NCBI GenBank assembly: GCA_937894665.1
Contig: CALAWF010000027.1
Location: 1-35,752 of the forward strand
Direction: 5' to 3'
Length of the DNA stretch: 35,752 bases
DNA from: an uncultured bacterium
GTDB taxonomy: Bacteria > Cyanobacteriota > Vampirovibrionia > Gastranaerophilales > Gastranaerophilaceae
Position numbers and translations under genes: made by a program. The notes under the pieces are model-generated. The model saw only the letters and a list, made by a program, of their open reading frames with translations. It was not told the origin of the DNA and made no database searches. Of the stretch, positions 1 through 9,350 are shown one piece after another (position 1 is the stretch's first letter; each line of letters starts with the position of its first letter).

Positions 1-357
1 GCAAGTTTCATAAGACCAATCAGCATCCAATTCTCGCAAAAGATTAATAACTGTAATTTTAACTTCATTGTTCAAATTAGGATTTTTTAAAGTATCCCAC
101 AATTTGTTTATAAGTTCTTCTTTGGGGGTATAATGCTCTAATAAAAAGCATATTACAGGTATTTTTTCAGTCTTTGCATTAACCAATTCTTTTAACAAAA
201 GTTTTGATAAAACAGTCTTATCTGTTTGAGAATCAAGCATTTCAAAATCTGCGAGGCAATTTGGAATATCCTGCACAGAATTAATTTTATTTAAAAGAGC
301 CGTTAATGAAGCCTTTAGCTCAAATGGATTTAGCTGTTTGAATTTTGGAGATGTCAT
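1..357 (-). CDS. hypothetical protein, C-terminal part cut by window edge
   Basis: Reverse-strand ATG at 355-357 opens a frame with no stop down to position 1 (MTSPKFKQLNPFELKASLTALLNK...). It lies 10 nt downstream of the ClpX-ZnF gene on the same strand. It is absent from the ORF track because no stop falls inside the window. Confidence 0.5.
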   Translation of the reverse strand, partial: MTSPKFKQLNPFELKASLTALLNKINSVQDIPNCLADFEMLDSQTDKTVLSKLLLKELVNAKTEKIPVICFLLEHYTPKEELINKLWDTLKNPNLNNEVKITVINLLRELDADWSYETC

Positions 358-366
358 AAAATCTTT

Positions 367-642
367 TTATCTAGCCTTTCCCCAGAACGCATCCAAAATT
401 TGCTGAGCTTCAGCAGATGGCATTCGGTCTTGCAATATCAAATACTGAACTGCAATCATTGTACATTCAGAACAAATATTAACCCCCGGACCTTGTATCA
501 TTTTTACGACCTGAGTATTTGGACGACCGCAAAAACTACAATATACAAGTTCGTTGTTATGACTTTCTTCATTATGGTTATGTGCTTCTTCAGCTAGATG
601 TTTCTTTTTTGCACCAAGGCTGACTACTTTATCATCTGACAT
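367..642 (-). CDS. ClpX-type C4 zinc-finger domain protein
   Basis: CSFCG...CSEC spacing and context (VVKMIQGPGVNICSECTMIA) match the ClpX N-terminal zinc-binding domain. I prefer the internal ATG (M18 of track ORF 367..693) because AAGGAGAA precedes it. Confidence 0.6.
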   Translation of the reverse strand: MSDDKVVSLGAKKKHLAEEAHNHNEESHNNELVYCSFCGRPNTQVVKMIQGPGVNICSECTMIAVQYLILQDRMPSAEAQQILDAFWGKAR

Positions 643-754
643 ATAATTCTCCTTTACGCTCCTATTGTAACTTAAATTAATGAAATTTGCCATATTTTTA
701 TTATTAAATTATAATTACGTTAACAACAACTTAACATGTTATAGAGAGGGATGT

Positions 755-1351
755 ATGAAAAAAGTTTTATTGTTGGTTAGTATTTTATTTGTTGCGGTTG
801 TTTCAACTGCGTGTATTAACAATCTTGCAGTACAAGATTTAAACAATAAGGCTCAGAGCTTTATGGAAAAAGGGGATTATACTCAAGCAATTGAAAGATT
901 AAAATCAAGTATAGACTTAGACCCATCGATTTTTGAAACTCATTACAACCTTGCAGTTGCTTATACAAAAGCAGAAGATTACATCAATGCGATGGATGAA
1001 TTCAAAAAAGCTCAAGAATTAAAACCGAATTTCCCAGATGTATATTACTCTCTTGCAACAGCAGAAAACAATTTAGCAGTTGATATGACTCAATTAAAAG
1101 TCCGTATGAATATGGATGATACCCTTTTTACTCCAAAGTCAGAAGACTCATCAACCTTAGAGTTATCTAAAACTCTTACAGACAAAGAAAAGAATTTAAT
1201 TTCTGAATTATACGATTCTGCAGTCTCTAATTATGAAAAATATCTTGAATTAAATCCTAACGCTGAAGATAAAGCAGAAGTAAATGCTCAAATCGAAAAA
1301 ATTCAAGAAGAACAAAATCCACAAAAAGCTAAAAGGCAAATAGAAGAATAA
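755..1351 (+). CDS. TPR-repeat protein, probable lipoprotein
   Basis: Internal start MKKVLLLVSILFVAVVSTAC gives a signal peptide ending in Cys. TPR-like repeats are present (GDYTQAIERLKSSIDLDP, HYNLAVAYTKAEDYINAMDEFKKAQELKPN). AGAGAGGG lies upstream of the ATG at 755. Confidence 0.75.
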   Translation: MKKVLLLVSILFVAVVSTACINNLAVQDLNNKAQSFMEKGDYTQAIERLKSSIDLDPSIFETHYNLAVAYTKAEDYINAMDEFKKAQELKPNFPDVYYSLATAENNLAVDMTQLKVRMNMDDTLFTPKSEDSSTLELSKTLTDKEKNLISELYDSAVSNYEKYLELNPNAEDKAEVNAQIEKIQEEQNPQKAKRQIEE

Positions 1352-1355
1352 AAAT

Positions 1356-2153
1356 ATGATTATTCCAGCCCCAGAGGATATTGCATTTAATTTATTTTCA
1401 ATTCCTATTTATTGGTACGGGATAACAATGGCAAGTGCAATATTTGTCGCTATTTTATGTGCAAATTTTTTGTTTAATAAAACAAACCCAAAACTTAAAA
1501 AGGATACCATCTTAGAATATGCCCCCGTTTTAATCATTTCGGGAATTTTATGTGCAAGATTGTATTTCTGTCTTTTGAATGCACCACACTATCTAAATAA
1601 CCCACTAGAAATTTTAGATATAAGAGAAGGGGGACTATCAATCCATGGGGCAATTATAGGCGGATTGATTAGTATGTACGTAATAGCAAAGAAATCAAAG
1701 ACGCCATTTTTCAATATAATAGATGCAATTTCTTGCTCTACAATTTTAGGACAAGCTATCGGACGTTGGGGAAATTATTTTAACTCCGAAGCCTACGGAC
1801 TCCCTGTTGCAAATCAAACTTGGGGGCTATTTATACCGGAAAGCAAAAGAATTGCACAATACGCAGACTTTTCACTTTTTCACCCGACATTTTTGTATGA
1901 GAGTATTTTAGACCTGATTTCGTTTTTCATCCTTACATTTATTTATTTAAAATTCGGGAAAAAATATAGAGGGCTAACATTTTTTGCGTATTTAATCTTT
2001 TATTCAATTATCAGATTTTTTATCGAACAAATAAGAATTGACAGTGCAATGAATATACATTCTATTCCAATTGCTGAAATAGTTTCGGTATTATTATTTG
2101 TATGCGGAATAGTTGGACTTTTATTCGTTACTTTCAAATCAAAAAGAATTTAA
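1356..2153 (+). CDS. lgt: prolipoprotein diacylglyceryl transferase
   Basis: Polytopic membrane protein with the Lgt signature GRWGNYFNSEAYG and the conserved LSIHGAIIGG segment. Confidence 0.93.
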   Translation: MIIPAPEDIAFNLFSIPIYWYGITMASAIFVAILCANFLFNKTNPKLKKDTILEYAPVLIISGILCARLYFCLLNAPHYLNNPLEILDIREGGLSIHGAIIGGLISMYVIAKKSKTPFFNIIDAISCSTILGQAIGRWGNYFNSEAYGLPVANQTWGLFIPESKRIAQYADFSLFHPTFLYESILDLISFFILTFIYLKFGKKYRGLTFFAYLIFYSIIRFFIEQIRIDSAMNIHSIPIAEIVSVLLFVCGIVGLLFVTFKSKRI

Positions 2154-2668
2154 CCAAGAACAACATCATCAACTTTTTGGTCATAATTATCAATCGGAAG
2201 CTCTTCGACAAATAAACACTCTGGAATAACAACTATCGATTGAAAACTTTTACCATATTTTGCCAAAAATCTATCATAAAACCCTCCGCCATAGCCTAAG
2301 CGATAACCTCTTTTATCAGCCATCAAGGCAGGAACAATAACCAAATCCAAAACGCTAGGACTTACAGAATTTGAAGTTGGTTCAAAGATATTAAATTCGG
2401 ACTTTTTTAATTCTGCACCATTAGAAAAATCACAAACTTCAAGCTCTAAACCATTCACTCTTGGCAAAAAAAAGTTCTTTCCAGAATTTTCAACCAAATC
2501 CAAAAGATTAACTTCATATTTTGTCGGGTAAAAAATCATTATATTTTTTGAATTTTTGTAAAATGAATGAGCCGCAAGATTTTCTCTAATCTTTGTTGAA
2601 ATATTTACAATATCTAAAGTTTTTCGAATATCTTTTGCGTTTCTACGCAAAGTAGTTTTATTATCCAT
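2150..2668 (-). CDS. 5-formyltetrahydrofolate cyclo-ligase
   Basis: C-terminal GYRLGYGGGFYDRFL motif and a ~170-aa length are typical of the MTHFS family. Confidence 0.88.
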   Translation of the reverse strand: MDNKTTLRRNAKDIRKTLDIVNISTKIRENLAAHSFYKNSKNIMIFYPTKYEVNLLDLVENSGKNFFLPRVNGLELEVCDFSNGAELKKSEFNIFEPTSNSVSPSVLDLVIVPALMADKRGYRLGYGGGFYDRFLAKYGKSFQSIVVIPECLFVEELPIDNYDQKVDDVVLG

Positions 2669-2748
2669 CCTTTTAATATATAATAAAAACGTATCAAGAT
2701 CTTCATCCGTAAAACTAATTTTATTTTAAAAAGGGGTAATAAATTAAC

Positions 2749-3321
2749 ATGGGAAATGAGAATAAATTAATCAATCCGAATTGGGCAAAACACGGATATA
2801 TCCAAGTTTACACCGGAGATGGGAAAGGTAAAACTACAGCATCTTTAGGACTTGCGATGCGTGCATTAGGGCGAAATTGGAAGGTCTTAATTGTCATGTT
2901 CACCAAGGGGGGAAACGATTACGGAGAATTAAACAGCTTTAGAGAACTTTCTCCAAAAATTTCTGATAATCTTAAAATTGTTCAAGCAGGATTAGATAGG
3001 ATTGTTTACCTCGACAACGAAACAGACGACGACGTCAAAGAAATAAAAAAAGGGTGGGAATTAGCAAAACAAGCTATCCAAAACGACGAATATCAGCTAA
3101 TAATCCTAGATGAAGCCAATATAGCAATTGATTTGAGAATTCTTAATGTAGATGAAGTACTTGATGTTTTGAAAAACAAACCGGAAGAGATGGAAATCGT
3201 TTTGACCGGACGAAATGCACACCCCAAAATTATTGAAATCGCACATCTTGTTTCTGAAATCAAACCAATTAAACATTACTGGGATACAGGAATTGCTGCA
3301 AGAAAAGGAATTGAATACTAA
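2749..3321 (+). CDS. cobO: cob(I)yrinic acid a,c-diamide adenosyltransferase (CobO/BtuR type)
   Basis: GYIQVYTGDGKGKTTASLGLAMRALG P-loop, ILDE Walker-B-like segment and VLTGR motif. Confidence 0.88.
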   Translation: MGNENKLINPNWAKHGYIQVYTGDGKGKTTASLGLAMRALGRNWKVLIVMFTKGGNDYGELNSFRELSPKISDNLKIVQAGLDRIVYLDNETDDDVKEIKKGWELAKQAIQNDEYQLIILDEANIAIDLRILNVDEVLDVLKNKPEEMEIVLTGRNAHPKIIEIAHLVSEIKPIKHYWDTGIAARKGIEY

Positions 3322-3332
3322 AATTCATTCAC

Positions 3333-5210
3333 CTAGTTTTGGAACATTTGGAATGTCTTTTCAATACTCTTAGAAATTAACTGTTTAACTGTTTCATATT
3401 CTGTTGATAATGAAGAAATTTCAGCATCTAATTTCTTAGATTTCATATCAATTGAATCTTCTTTATATGTTAATTCAGCTTTCTTTTGAGTAAATTCTGC
3501 CTCTGCTCTTGCAATTGCATCAGAATCAGTTTCTTCAACAACATAGCCTGTTTCATTATATCTTGTTTGGTAGAAATAGCCATCATCGTGAAGAGAACTC
3601 ATTGCATATTTACCTGTTTTTAGGGCATTTTCAAGATATTCATTATCCTGAACAGAAGCATCTTCTCTCCAACCGTTTTCGCAAAGATTGTTATACAATT
3701 GGTCATAGAAATCAGCCAATTTTTCTTTTTGAGAAGTAACGGTAGTACTTGCCTGACCAAAATATTTGTAGCTGCTATCATCTGTTACAAATGCAGATGT
3801 ATCAGTAGATTTACCAACAACATATCCTGAATCACTGCCATTCATATAGTTATCAAAATATGTTAAGAATGATGATACTAAGTTTGATAAACTTACAGCT
3901 TGGTAAGAAACTTTTTTACCACTACAAGTACCAATTCTGTTATTTTCATTTGCATTTATAAACGCACTGTTTTCAGTCATTGAAGTATCACTGGTTTTTG
4001 AACCTACAGAAATAGCATTTGCTGCTTTCAAGTTTACGTTTTGAATCATTGTCATTGCATATTTCAATGCTTCATTTGTTGTTGAATCAACATTCAAACC
4101 GGTTCCAATTGCTTGGTTATAACCAAATGCTTCTGCTATCGTGTACATCAACTTTTGTGCATATTTAGCCATATCATCAGCACTGCCATTTTGAGTCATC
4201 AAAACAATATTTGATGCCAACAAATCACCAATAGTCATGTTTTTAATAGTATCAGAATCTTTTTCGATAACTCCGTTAGAAATGATTGTAAATCCATCGT
4301 CTTTGATATTATTTTCATCCATTTGAAATTTACTATCATCGACATCAATAACTTTATTACTGTCATCATCCGTTTTGGGATATTGCTTAATAAAATCAGC
4401 TTTTTCTTTCTGTAAATCAGTCAATATTTTTTCTTTAGCAGTATAATCTTCTGGATCATTATCTTTATCTGCTAATTGAAGAGTTTGTTGAGCCTTTTTA
4501 ATCTTAGTATCATAATCAGAAATTGTAGCATTATATTTTACAGAACTGATTTGCCCATCTCCTAAAGTAAGTTGAGCCAAATCAAGAACTTTTTTACCAA
4601 TTGCATCAGACAAAATCAAAGCAGCTTTATCCATACCATCAACAGAATTTTTATCTAATGGAGTAGAACCCATGCCAGCCCCTGCATTCCAACCTACATT
4701 ACCTGTAGTCGCAGAGGTATCAACAGCACTGGTATCTAAAGTCAAAGAACCATCATTTGACTTTTTATAAACATAATCTGTTGTAGTAATTGAATTAGCA
4801 GTATCTTGAGTAACAATTCCATTAGGAACTAATGCTGCAATAAACTTATCTCTTGAGTCCGCAGATGGAATTCCGCCAGCTTTAGAAATACCTGCCGCTC
4901 TTGCTGCTGCTGCATATTCAGAGTTCAAAACAATTGCACCTGATGAAGTTGTAACCATATAAGGGTTATAATCATTAGCTGCAGATGGGGCCATCAGTAA
5001 ATTATAAGTCAAACCATAATCATTTTCTACTAAATCGTTTTTCCAAACTAATTTAGTTGCATTCATGGCATTGGCATAAGTAGCAGAAATATCAGATAAC
5101 TGATTAGTTATCTCAAGTTTTTGCTGAGCAAGTTCGGTTGATTTGTATTCACAATCAGCCTTTCTCGCCGTTATGCACAAAAATCTTGCTTGTGACGTTG
5201 CCAATCCCAT
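3333..5210 (-). CDS. large hypothetical protein with coiled-coil termini and a Ser/Thr/Asn/Asp-rich centre
   Basis: 625-aa ORF. The N-terminus (MGLATSQARFLCITARKADCEYKSTELAQQKLEITNQL) and C-terminus (AEAEFTQKKAELTYKEDSIDMKSKKLDAEISSLSTEYETVKQLISKSIEK) are heptad-like. The centre is polar. I recognise no family. Confidence 0.8.
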   Translation of the reverse strand: MGLATSQARFLCITARKADCEYKSTELAQQKLEITNQLSDISATYANAMNATKLVWKNDLVENDYGLTYNLLMAPSAANDYNPYMVTTSSGAIVLNSEYAAAARAAGISKAGGIPSADSRDKFIAALVPNGIVTQDTANSITTTDYVYKKSNDGSLTLDTSAVDTSATTGNVGWNAGAGMGSTPLDKNSVDGMDKAALILSDAIGKKVLDLAQLTLGDGQISSVKYNATISDYDTKIKKAQQTLQLADKDNDPEDYTAKEKILTDLQKEKADFIKQYPKTDDDSNKVIDVDDSKFQMDENNIKDDGFTIISNGVIEKDSDTIKNMTIGDLLASNIVLMTQNGSADDMAKYAQKLMYTIAEAFGYNQAIGTGLNVDSTTNEALKYAMTMIQNVNLKAANAISVGSKTSDTSMTENSAFINANENNRIGTCSGKKVSYQAVSLSNLVSSFLTYFDNYMNGSDSGYVVGKSTDTSAFVTDDSSYKYFGQASTTVTSQKEKLADFYDQLYNNLCENGWREDASVQDNEYLENALKTGKYAMSSLHDDGYFYQTRYNETGYVVEETDSDAIARAEAEFTQKKAELTYKEDSIDMKSKKLDAEISSLSTEYETVKQLISKSIEKTFQMFQN

Positions 5211-5325
5211 TTTTCTAAATCCTTTCGATTTATAGTATTCCTTTGGTTACCTATGTTATCGGCATTTTTAATCAAAACTTTAGACATGTTTAAGACTTTT
5301 GTAATATTTTGTTACAATTAACATT

Positions 5326-5853
5326 TTATTTCAGAATCTGCCGAGTCATAATAACTTTTCCATCGGAGTTATAGCAATTTTGCCCTTTCCAATGTGCAAT
5401 TAAATTACCGGAATTATTAAAAATAAATGTTTCGCCTTCCGAAACTCGAAATGTCATATTAACAAGATTTCCTCTTGTATCATACTTGTAAGATTTATAA
5501 GGATAATTTGTAGAAGTTCGCTCTTCCGTATGAGTTAGAACACCATTTTTGCCATAATACAAAACGGTTAAAGGATTATCTTTATACACAATCCCATAGC
5601 TTCCATCAGAAAAATATGCCAAAGTTCGATCTTTCAAATCCGTAAAACCTTTTAACATATTTTGAATATTTTCATCTCTATCAATATCAAGATAATTATT
5701 TTTCAAATTTTCTATACTTAAAGGTTTTGGTTTATCTTGCAAAATTATATCTTGAGCCTCACTTGCCGTATATTCAACCCCTCCGGTAATAACAGTCGCC
5801 ATTGAAGCCGTAGGAAATAATAATATTGCAAGTAAAAATATCCATTTTTTCAT
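5326..5853 (-). CDS. secreted hypothetical protein
   Basis: N-terminal signal peptide MKKWIFLLAILLFPTASMA, then a beta-rich repeat-like sequence (GSYGIVYKDN, GKNGVLTHTE, RGNLVNMTF, SGNLIAHW). Confidence 0.75.
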   Translation of the reverse strand: MKKWIFLLAILLFPTASMATVITGGVEYTASEAQDIILQDKPKPLSIENLKNNYLDIDRDENIQNMLKGFTDLKDRTLAYFSDGSYGIVYKDNPLTVLYYGKNGVLTHTEERTSTNYPYKSYKYDTRGNLVNMTFRVSEGETFIFNNSGNLIAHWKGQNCYNSDGKVIMTRQILK

Positions 5854-5964
5854 ACTTTTATTATAATGAAATTTTTACAAAATCCAACTTGAACTATTTA
5901 AAAATATACGATAATTTGCTATAATATTTGAAAAATATGCAGTTGGAAGAAAAAGGGAAATATT

Positions 5965-6459
5965 ATGAAAAAGATATTAGCTTCATTATTAGTTTTAAGT
6001 GTTACACTTCCTGCTTTTGCAATCAATGAACAAAAATTGAGCAGAAAATGCAGAAGACATCCTGAAAAATGTCAAGTTCAAATGACAACACCAATCAAAG
6101 AACAACAAATGACTTTAGGAATTGTTCAACGCAATGTAAAAGTTGGAACATCGCAAGCTGAAGTTGCTGAAATTTTAGGCTCTCCAAATATCGTTACTCA
6201 AGATGCTGATGGGTTAGAAACTTGGGTTTATGACAAAGTTTCTTCAATTACAGCATATAACAATTCCGGTTTTGGAGTTGGAGTAGGCGGACTCGGCGGA
6301 GGATACGGTTCCGGAGGTTTCGGCGGAGGACTTGCCAATGTCGGATACAACAAAAATGGAGGAGTTGCTCAATCTGTCCAAAAAACACTTACCGTTGTTC
6401 TAAAATTTGATTCAACCGGAAAAGTTTCAAAAGTGTCATACCACATGAGTACATTCTAG
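5965..6459 (+). CDS. secreted protein with a SmpA/OmlA (BamE-like) segment and a Gly-rich tract
   Basis: Signal peptide MKKILASLLVLSVTLPAFA. GTSQAEVAEILGSPNIVTQDADGLETWVYD resembles the BamE/SmpA_OmlA fold signature. A GFGVGVGGLGGGYGSGGFGGG tract follows. Confidence 0.7.
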   Translation: MKKILASLLVLSVTLPAFAINEQKLSRKCRRHPEKCQVQMTTPIKEQQMTLGIVQRNVKVGTSQAEVAEILGSPNIVTQDADGLETWVYDKVSSITAYNNSGFGVGVGGLGGGYGSGGFGGGLANVGYNKNGGVAQSVQKTLTVVLKFDSTGKVSKVSYHMSTF

Positions 6460-6469
6460 GAGAAAATTA

Positions 6470-6994
6470 ATGTTTAAGAAAATATTATTAATTCTCTTTG
6501 TTTTATGCCTTTCACTTCCTGTTTGTGCAAAGAAAAGAGAAGCAGAACAAATTATTACTCCAATGACTCAATTGGAAAAACGACAATTCCAAACAAGAAC
6601 GTATGATATAAGCGACAAACCTTTAATTATGAAAGCAATGCTAAATGTATTACAAGATGAAGGTTTTATCGTTTATAATGCCAACCCTTTATTAGGTTTT
6701 ATCTATGGAGTAAAGGATTTCGACACCTCTGATCCCAATATTGATATTACAAAAGAATTTGGGCTTTCTAAATCTCGTCTAAATTGGAACGGTGTAAAAG
6801 TTGCGACAATAGAAACAACGGCAAACGTTACTGAATACGGAAAAAGTATAAAGGTTAGAGTTAATTTCAAACGCAAATTGTTGAATATGTACGGAAACGC
6901 ACAATTCATTGATGATGTTAATGACGAAAATTATTACCAAGACTTTTTCTCAAAAGTAGATAAAGCAATATTCTTACAAAAGCAAAAAATATGA
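6470..6994 (+). CDS. secreted hypothetical protein, paralogue A
   Basis: Signal peptide is present. It shares QTRTYD..KPLIMKAMLNVLQDEGFIV...LGFIYG with the next ORF. Confidence 0.75.
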   Translation: MFKKILLILFVLCLSLPVCAKKREAEQIITPMTQLEKRQFQTRTYDISDKPLIMKAMLNVLQDEGFIVYNANPLLGFIYGVKDFDTSDPNIDITKEFGLSKSRLNWNGVKVATIETTANVTEYGKSIKVRVNFKRKLLNMYGNAQFIDDVNDENYYQDFFSKVDKAIFLQKQKI

Positions 6995-7596
6995 TAAAAA
7001 AACTTTTTACAACTACATTAGCTTTTTTGATTCTTTTTGCAACAAGCAACTGTGCAATCGCAAAAAGAACTAAAAAAATGAGCCTGCTTGAGTTAAGGGA
7101 AATGCAAACCCGAGTTTTTGAAACCCCTGATACTACAAGAGTTATGAAATCTGCTATAAACACCTTACAAGATAGCGGATTTGTAATTCAAGAAATTGAT
7201 ACCGACTTAGGCTTCATTAGAGCTCAAAAGACATTCAAAAAACACCACATTGACAAAAAACGTGTTGCCGGGTGGTCAATGGTTTTAGCATTAATGACAG
7301 CGACAACAGTTTTATCCTATGGTTCAAATATCGGTTCAATGTATGATCCTTCAATGCGGATCTCTAATGAAATGAAAGATAAAACCGCAATTGTGGATGC
7401 CAATGTAGATGTAGAAAAATTTGGAAATTCTAAAACAAAAGTGAGATTTGTTTTAGTCGAAAAAATATTACAAAATGCAGATGGATATTCATTCGTAAAA
7501 TCTGCACCAACAAATGTTATTAGACTTTACAAACCGAATGTTTATCAAGAATTTTTTGCCCAATTGGATAAAAGTATTTTTTATGAGGGGATATAA
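6991..7596 (+). CDS. secreted hypothetical protein, paralogue B
   Basis: ATGA overlap with the upstream gene. Signal peptide is present. MQTRVFETPDTTRVMKSAINTLQDSGFVIQEIDTDLGFIRA aligns to paralogue A. Confidence 0.75.
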   Translation: MIKKLFTTTLAFLILFATSNCAIAKRTKKMSLLELREMQTRVFETPDTTRVMKSAINTLQDSGFVIQEIDTDLGFIRAQKTFKKHHIDKKRVAGWSMVLALMTATTVLSYGSNIGSMYDPSMRISNEMKDKTAIVDANVDVEKFGNSKTKVRFVLVEKILQNADGYSFVKSAPTNVIRLYKPNVYQEFFAQLDKSIFYEGI

Positions 7597-7599
7597 TTT

Positions 7600-8280
7600 A
7601 TGCAATATGTTGCAATAAAAAAAGAAATAAAAAATAATGAAGAAGTTTTTGTTGTTAATGCCATTCCACTCAAAAATAAAAACAAATCAATTGTTCAAAA
7701 AATTCCGCACCCGCTAGGTTCTGACGGAATGGAATTCAAAACACTGGAAGAAGCAAAGGATGCAATTATTAGAGCCGGTTTTTCGTATATTTTACCAAAC
7801 GGTCAAAAAGAAACAAAAGCTCCTCAAAAAACGCCTAAAATAACCTACACAACAAATAGTTATGACGAACTTATTTATACCACAATTAAAGAAAAAACAA
7901 ATTCATCCAATGCGAATGTTTGTGCTGCTGCAATCCTTGCAATCTCGGAATTTCCTAAAGAAGAAACCTTTAAAATTCTCTTTTCAAAATTCGGAGAAGA
8001 TAATGATTTGATAAGAAAAAATGCAATATCCGGAGTGTGCAGATATGCTAAAATTCTACAAAACAAAATTATAGAAACGCTAAAATCCTCAAACTGGGTT
8101 GAAATAAATTCTGCAATCTCCTGCATTACTAATCTCGCAACAAATTCTGATATTGAATTAGATAAATTTATTATTCCACTAATCAATGCAACAAAAGACT
8201 CCAATCCTATAGTTCAAACAAATGCACTACAGGCTTTGGCTATTGTTTACCAAAATTACAAAAAAAATCAAAAAATTTAA
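7600..8280 (+). CDS. HEAT-repeat protein
   Basis: The C-terminal two thirds carry HEAT/PBS-lyase-like repeats (NVCAAAILAISEF, LIRKNAISGVCRY, NWVEINSAISCITNL, NPIVQTNALQALAIVY). Confidence 0.7.
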   Translation: MQYVAIKKEIKNNEEVFVVNAIPLKNKNKSIVQKIPHPLGSDGMEFKTLEEAKDAIIRAGFSYILPNGQKETKAPQKTPKITYTTNSYDELIYTTIKEKTNSSNANVCAAAILAISEFPKEETFKILFSKFGEDNDLIRKNAISGVCRYAKILQNKIIETLKSSNWVEINSAISCITNLATNSDIELDKFIIPLINATKDSNPIVQTNALQALAIVYQNYKKNQKI

Positions 8281-8456
8281 CAACTGCTTTTTCGCATCAA
8301 ATCAGATAATTTAAGTTCTTTTGGAGTATGATTTACTCTTGAAACTTTTTTTTCTACAGGAGATTTTTCTTCTCTAAAATCTGCCAATCCGATTTTTACA
8401 CTATTATTTTCTTTAAGCATAAATATTTCTTGAAAAAAAGATATAATATTTTCCAT
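8277..8456 (-). CDS. small hypothetical protein (59 aa)
   Basis: Internal ATG (M19 of track ORF 8277..8510) is preceded by a strong AGGAGAA RBS. It fills the gap between two plus-strand genes. No family recognised. Confidence 0.35.
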   Translation of the reverse strand: MENIISFFQEIFMLKENNSVKIGLADFREEKSPVEKKVSRVNHTPKELKLSDLMRKSSC

Positions 8457-8545
8457 AACAAATTCTCCTAGAACCATTATAGCCCAAGTTTCGGCTCTTA
8501 TATCATACATTTAAACGATTTTGGAGTAAAAAATCATTATGCTTT

Positions 8546-9295
8546 GTGTTATATTTGTTGTACAGGGTGATTGAGGAATATAATTTGAATAATAGTTACT
8601 ATGAAACTTTAGATGAAAATTTTAAACAAGCGTTGAATTTATGCGAAAATGAATATTCGCATTCTGAATTGTTAGAATTTTTGCAATCAGGAAACATTGT
8701 TCAAAAACAACTTTCGGCATTGAAACTTGAAACAATAAATTCTCAAAAAGAAGCTCAAATTCTTGTATCTAATCTTGTAGGTCAAGATGGCAAAATTCGA
8801 GAAGCCGTATCCTTAAGACTAAATGAATTTATGGCTAATCCTCAAACCCTAAAATACTTTGAAACTCCTGAAAATTACAAAATATTTTTAGCTGCGATTA
8901 TTGATATAAATGGGAACATTTGTAGAAATGTTATCGGAGCAATTTCTTATTTAAAAAATAACAAAGATTTTTGCAACCGTTTTTGTCCAGAACTTGTTAA
9001 GTTAACAAAAGACCTATTAGACAAAATCGAAAAAGAAGATTTTTTTGAAGGGAAATACAAAGTTAATAAAGAGGTTTTTAAGTTATATTGGTGTCTTGAA
9101 ACCATTTATGTATTTTGGGATAAGGTTAACTTTGAAGATTTAAAAAAAATAATCTTACGGACCAAAAATATTCAAGAATATACAATCAGAGAAAAAGCTG
9201 CAAAAATATTAACAAGAAATTTCTCTGACCCAGAACTTTTAAAAGCAAAAGAATCGCTAAAAAACGATTCTAATTACTACGTTAGAAGATTTTAG
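8546..9295 (+). CDS. HEAT-like repeat protein, start uncertain
   Basis: Repeats GNIVQKQLSALKLE, DGKIREAVSLRLNEF, YTIREKAAKIL and NYYVRRF. The track start is a non-ATG codon. A TTG at about 8585 preceded by GAGGAA is an alternative start. Confidence 0.7.
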   Translation: MLYLLYRVIEEYNLNNSYYETLDENFKQALNLCENEYSHSELLEFLQSGNIVQKQLSALKLETINSQKEAQILVSNLVGQDGKIREAVSLRLNEFMANPQTLKYFETPENYKIFLAAIIDINGNICRNVIGAISYLKNNKDFCNRFCPELVKLTKDLLDKIEKEDFFEGKYKVNKEVFKLYWCLETIYVFWDKVNFEDLKKIILRTKNIQEYTIREKAAKILTRNFSDPELLKAKESLKNDSNYYVRRF

Positions 9296-9350
9296 TGCTA
9301 AACCTTTAACCCCCCGAAGCCCTTATAAATGAATAATGCGTAATAAGACT

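Noticed and set aside
2669-2748. Looked for a cobalamin riboswitch upstream of cobO, and for leaders or riboswitches upstream of cysK and the aminotransferase
   Set aside because: The intergenic regions are 30-80 nt and AT-rich. They contain no B12-box-like or other conserved riboswitch core sequences.
6270-6350. GGN-rich tandem-looking DNA
   Set aside because: It is the coding sequence of the Gly-rich tract (GFGVGVGGLGGGYGSGGFGGG) inside ORF 5965..6459. It is low-complexity coding sequence, not a non-coding repeat.
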